A DNA stretch of 62,630 nt, the filler included. It is 7 parts of 7 records of this genome, joined end to end, with 100 filler letters (N's around TTAATTAATTAA, not from the genome) between each part and the next. Parts side by side here need not be neighbours in the genome. Positions count along the whole stretch, not along the records: positions 45,629 to 62,630 come from SRR31156797_46847; 6 more parts are not named here. One strand, 5' to 3'. Shown in pieces: positions 58,704-62,630 of the stretch. The translations under genes and the position numbers were made by a program. Numbering within the stretch: the first letter of the stretch is position 1; each line of letters opens with the position of its first letter. The notes under the pieces were generated by a model that was not told where the DNA came from, made no database searches, and was given only the letters and a program-made list of their open reading frames with translations.

Positions 58704-59144
58704 ATGACGGACCGCGTGCAAAAAACCGTCGACGCCTTCGATAGCGACAATTGCAACTGCTGCCAGGCCATCGCGCGCATCTTCGGCCCCCCGGTCGGCC
58801 TCGACGAGCGTTCCGCCATCCGCGCCGGCTGCGCTTTTGGCGGCGGCATCGGGCGGACCGGCAAGGTCTGCGGCGCCGTCACCGGCGCCGTCCTGGTCCT
58901 GGGCTTCAAGGCCAACGAGGACGAACCCGACACGCAAAAGGCGATGGAGAACAGCATCGAGCTGGTCGACACCTTCATGACCCGCTTCTCCGACACCCAC
59001 GGCTCGCTCGATTGCAAGGACCTGCTCGGCCTCGACCTGTCGACGGAGAAAGGCCGCCGCATCAATGACGAGGACCGTGTCAGCGCCGTCACCTGCCCCG
59101 CTTTCGTGCGTACCGCGGCGCAAATCCTCGACGGCATGATGTAA
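58704..59144 (+). CDS. C-GCAxxG-C-C family putative redox protein, copy 2
   Basis: NCCQA, FGGGIG..VCGAVTGA, CKDLL, CPAFV; GGAGG RBS. Confidence 0.9.
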   Translation: MTDRVQKTVDAFDSDNCNCCQAIARIFGPPVGLDERSAIRAGCAFGGGIGRTGKVCGAVTGAVLVLGFKANEDEPDTQKAMENSIELVDTFMTRFSDTHGSLDCKDLLGLDLSTEKGRRINDEDRVSAVTCPAFVRTAAQILDGMM

Positions 59145-59194
59145 CCGGCCCGGCGGACAGGAAGGCGGACGGAAAAAGGCGGAACGAAAAAACC

Positions 59195-59809
59195 ATGGAC
59201 CTGATTTTCGACGGACCCGAGGACGCGCCGAAAACCGTCGCGCTCGCCCACGGCGCCGGCGCCGCCATGGACACGCCGTTCATGACAAGTTTTGCGCACG
59301 GTTTGGCCGCCTGGGGTTTCCGGGTGGCGCGCTTCGAATTCCCCTATATGGCGGCACGCCGCGAAACGGGAAAAAAGCGCGGGCCGGACCGGCCCATCGT
59401 GCTGCTGGAAACCTGGATGGCGGTCATTAACGGGCTGGGCGATCCGGGGCGGCTCATCATTGGCGGCAAGTCGATGGGCGGACGCATCGCTTCGATGGTC
59501 GCCGACGAAGCGCAAGTCGGCGGGCTGCTGTGCCTGGGCTACCCGTTCCATCCGCCGGGCAAGGAACCGGGGGCGCGGATCGCGCACCTGGCCGGGATGC
59601 AAACGCCAACGCTGATCGTGCAGGGAACGCGCGATACCTTTGGAATCCCCGAAGAGGTCGCGGAGTATCCGCTGTCACCCAACATCCGCGTGCATTGGCT
59701 GGAAGACGGCGATCACAGCTTCAAACCGCGCAAGAAATCCGGCCGGACGGAAGAGCAGAACCGGGCCGAAGGCATTGAGGCCGCCGCGAGCTTTGTGGCT
59801 TCGCTTTAG
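59195..59809 (+). CDS. Alpha/beta hydrolase (KANL3/Tex30-like)
   Basis: AHGAGA.MD, GGKSMGGR, LGYPFHPPG, QGTRD, GDHSF. Confidence 0.92.
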   Translation: MDLIFDGPEDAPKTVALAHGAGAAMDTPFMTSFAHGLAAWGFRVARFEFPYMAARRETGKKRGPDRPIVLLETWMAVINGLGDPGRLIIGGKSMGGRIASMVADEAQVGGLLCLGYPFHPPGKEPGARIAHLAGMQTPTLIVQGTRDTFGIPEEVAEYPLSPNIRVHWLEDGDHSFKPRKKSGRTEEQNRAEGIEAAASFVASL

Positions 59810-60365
59810 GCGCCGCCGCCCTTCGATCGGCGCAATGGCCGCGCGCAGCGCAATCTTCCTTCTCACCGCCTCTGAGCCTCTATGGTTTTTCTTTCTTTTT
59901 TCACCACAGAGACAGCGAGACACAGAGAAAATACCCGGAAAAATGACGATTTTCCGGCCTCGCCTTTTATCCGCCGAACGCCGTCAGACGCCTGAATTAT
60001 ATGGATAAATTCCCAACCGCGCCGAACCGCGCATCGCGTTTCATGGAGTTTACTCGTCATTAATCGTCATTTTGACGTTTTTTCATTTGTTTTCAGCGAA
60101 CTAGCCGCCCCCTCCGCAGGCCATCCGGCGCCGACACCGCGCAAGCGCGCACCAGCACAAGCTTGTGGATATTCACCTTTAAAAGAGCAAAAGATGATTT
60201 TATTCCTTTTTTGGGAGAATGTCAATTGATTTGAGAGGAAGGCTGGCTAAACCACGAAAATCGGCCTCAGTTCAGCCCGGCCAGGGACCGGCTACGACCA
60301 GCCGAAATGTGCCAGAAGGGAACATACGCCGGGTTAGACGGTCGCACGGTCTGATGAATACGAAC

Positions 60366-61508
60366 TCAGAAATTGAGCCTGATGCTTGTTTCAGGTTGCG
60401 GAAGGCGTTTACGTGGCGGCAAGTCAAAATCGACGACACCCTGATCCTTTAGCTCACTGACGAGGCTTTTCACTTGCGTCAGTCGCATTGGAACTTCCTC
60501 CATCACGTCGGTCGCAATGGCACTGAACAAAGTGAATGGGCGATCAGTCAACACTTGCCTTATGAGTTCTGCAGCCTCGCGCTGATACTTCGGACAGCCA
60601 ACGCCAGCAGCGCTCTGATCCATTTCAGCAACCTCAGAATCAGAAAATAGACCAACATCTTGATGATTGGATTTACGCAGTTGGTTCCGTGTTTCGATTT
60701 CGGTTCGCTCTACTTTCCACTGAACGTCTCGGAATACCTCCAAACCTTTAGCGGAATGGGTACCTAGCAGGAGGCGCATCTTCACGCGCTCTTCTCGTGG
60801 CTTCATAATCGGGAAGTCAGGCAGGTAAGAAGCTGAACCGACCTTCTTTATTTTGCGTTTGAGAAGGTGCAATACGCGTTTTTCGTTTCCCCAATTGGAC
60901 GGAAGAGAGTCAAAATCCGCGCCCCATTCGGGATCAGCTAGAAAGCGCCCAAAGGATGCGGCTACTTTCGGATATTCAGCGTGGCGGTTGACGTCTTCCG
61001 CCATGAAATTCAGAAGGAATTCTCCTTTCTGATCCCTTAAAAATTGGAACACCGGTTCCGATCGTATGTTCCATCCTGTCGGATCGATGAAAGTGAATGT
61101 GAACCCGTCCTGACACTTAGAAGCGATGCCGTCTAGGTGGTCCTCGAACGATCCATGAAACACATGGATTTTAAATTTACTTTTTTGCTCCGCATATCGG
61201 CGAAGTTGGTCAACTGCGTGGCCGCGCTTCTCACAAAAACAAAATCGAATCTTTAGGCCATCTAGTCCACGTTTGCCGAGATCGGCTCTTACTGACTCGA
61301 GAATCCGCAAAGCTTGGTCGAACGAGGCGTCGGAATAGTTTGAGTCGTCTGAGACCTGCCAAGGTCCAGCGAACGCATCGACAAAATTGAAGATCGGCGA
61401 CCGCCCCTGCATAGTTTTATAGGCTGCGGCTCGAAGATACTGAGTCAAAAAGCTGTGCTTAATGAAGGATTGTTCGCGTCCAAAGTACCTTTGCAGATCT
61501 ACGACCAA
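60366..61508 (-). CDS. tcmP: Three-Cys-motif partner protein TcmP (SAM methyltransferase-like, probable C-terminal wHTH)
   Basis: KHSFLTQYL, FVDAFAGP, FCE, FIDPTGW, EFLLNFM; 9 nt downstream of the DUF5131 gene. Confidence 0.85.
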   Translation of the reverse strand: MVVDLQRYFGREQSFIKHSFLTQYLRAAAYKTMQGRSPIFNFVDAFAGPWQVSDDSNYSDASFDQALRILESVRADLGKRGLDGLKIRFCFCEKRGHAVDQLRRYAEQKSKFKIHVFHGSFEDHLDGIASKCQDGFTFTFIDPTGWNIRSEPVFQFLRDQKGEFLLNFMAEDVNRHAEYPKVAASFGRFLADPEWGADFDSLPSNWGNEKRVLHLLKRKIKKVGSASYLPDFPIMKPREERVKMRLLLGTHSAKGLEVFRDVQWKVERTEIETRNQLRKSNHQDVGLFSDSEVAEMDQSAAGVGCPKYQREAAELIRQVLTDRPFTLFSAIATDVMEEVPMRLTQVKSLVSELKDQGVVDFDLPPRKRLPQPETSIRLNF

Positions 61509-61517
61509 CTTGTTAGC

Positions 61518-62276
61518 CTACCTCTGCAGTGATTCGACTATTACTTGTGGCACGATTTGCCACGGGAATCCGTTCCATTCTTCGCCATCGAGAAGTCGAC
61601 CACCTGATTTTGGTCTGGCGCCCCCCCACTGCTTGAAAAAGAAGGCGACACCTTCGGTTTCACATTTATCCCGTAGTTCTATTGCCCACGAAGGCGCCAT
61701 CGGGCGTGCTTTTGGTCCGCTTTCACCGCCCACAATTGCCCAAGCAATACCGGATAGCTCAACTGGACCAATTGGTCCAAGCAGCGGTTCAAAGGATATG
61801 AAGCGGGCTTCCGAATTGATCTGCCGCAGATGGTGAATCCGGCCTTTGTGCGCCCCATCTTCCACAGATACACCGAGCCAGATGTGCCTTGGCACTTGGC
61901 CTCCGTGATAGCGGTCGCGCACATAACAGCGCATAAGCGAACTACGCTTTGTGAGAACCTGAAAAACGTGCCAATCCGCGGCTTCCATCGCATCAAAGAC
62001 CTTGTCGATGAAATGACGATCCACATGCTTGTGGAACAGATCACTCATCGAGTTGACGAAGATCATCCGCGGTTTTTTCCACTGAGATGGTTGGTGTAGA
62101 CGCGACGGCCACAACCGCAAGTCAAATCCCTGTTCGTAGGGATGTCCTGGGATACCACGCCAACGCTCTGCGAACCTCTGCGCATAACAATTGTCACATC
62201 CCGGCCCAATTTTCGTGCAGCCGGTGACGGGATTCCAGGTGGCGTCGGTCCATTCTATTTCTGATATTTGTGCCAT
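61518..62276 (-). CDS. DUF5131 / phage Gp37-Gp68 family protein (radical-SAM-like three-Cys motif)
   Basis: IEWTDATWNPVTGCTKIGPGCDNCYA, FVNSMSDLFH, QVLTKR, SFEPLL, VGGESG, FFKQWGG. Confidence 0.93.
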   Translation of the reverse strand: MAQISEIEWTDATWNPVTGCTKIGPGCDNCYAQRFAERWRGIPGHPYEQGFDLRLWPSRLHQPSQWKKPRMIFVNSMSDLFHKHVDRHFIDKVFDAMEAADWHVFQVLTKRSSLMRCYVRDRYHGGQVPRHIWLGVSVEDGAHKGRIHHLRQINSEARFISFEPLLGPIGPVELSGIAWAIVGGESGPKARPMAPSWAIELRDKCETEGVAFFFKQWGGARPKSGGRLLDGEEWNGFPWQIVPQVIVESLQR

Positions 62277-62530
62277 GCTTCGTATCTACCTCAAATAGAA
62301 TCTACACGATGAAGATTTGGAAACAAAGGGGGAACTTCGAAACCTCTATAGAAGGTGGAGCATTTCCACAACGCGGAATTAGTGGCCCTCATCTCCCTTT
62401 GGCGACAGCGTCGAACTTCCCGGCCGGCGGTTTCGCTCGTTTGCCGAATTTGAAGGAAAAGGCGCCGCCGGGGCTGGTCGCGGCCAGCGGCCACCGCCCC
62501 ATCCCGCCCCCCCGAGTCAAAAGGCCGGCC

Positions 62531-62629
62531 CTACTTGTGCTTGCGCTTGCGGGCGCGGCGCAGGATCGGGCCGATCCGGAAGAAACTACCCGGCGCAACC
62601 CGGCTGCGCGAGCGCAGGACCGGCGTGTT
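62531..62629 (-). CDS. Possible 3' end of an unknown gene entering from the window edge
   Basis: Open frame ...GSFFRIGPILRRARKRKHK* in GC-rich host-like sequence. Confidence 0.25.
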   Translation of the reverse strand, partial: NTPVLRSRSRVAPGSFFRIGPILRRARKRKHK

Positions 62630-62630
62630 C

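Noticed and set aside
55671-59123. Long minus-strand ORFs (679 aa and 453 aa)
   Set aside because: Shadows of sspB, fumA and the C-GCAxxG-C-C genes caused by high GC3.
61518-62276. Prophage, based on the 'phage Gp37/Gp68' family name
   Set aside because: No integrase, structural or replication phage genes are visible in the window.

Overview
The window is not one locus. It is seven unrelated contigs joined by 100-nt N/TTAATTAATTAA spacers (7914-8013, 13623-13722, 23488-23587, 33291-33390, 39112-39211, 45529-45628). Contigs 1-4 and 6 look like anaerobic Desulfobacterota-type DNA. They carry an osmoprotectant ABC ATPase with an EctR/CosR-like MarR and an atypical glutamine synthetase; a 2-hydroxyacyl-CoA dehydratase/activase operon; glcD/glcF; a corrinoid cluster (QueG/RdhA-like, MtaA-like, cbiB, cobS); lol-bamA-skp-lpx; and a PAP2/LTA-synthase/dgkA/two-component envelope operon. 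Contig 5 is AT-rich, with cassette-like hypothetical genes and a mazG-activase-CxxC-ferredoxin operon. Contig 7 is alphaproteobacterial: hflKC, mrp, nadQ-nadABC, thyX, a two-piece tmRNA, sspB, a class I fumarase, and a lower-GC DUF5131 + TcmP module. Best hunt results: (1) an integron attC site interrupted at the canonical TTGT| target by the 5' end of a group IIC intron, directly upstream of a glycosyltransferase cassette; (2) the uncharacterised three-Cys radical-SAM-like/TcmP methyltransferase pair; (3) a corrinoid cluster whose MtaA-like enzyme has both Zn-ligand Cys replaced by Ser; (4) further attC-like sites and an ART-motif orphan. All calls come from reading motifs by eye; no database searches were run.
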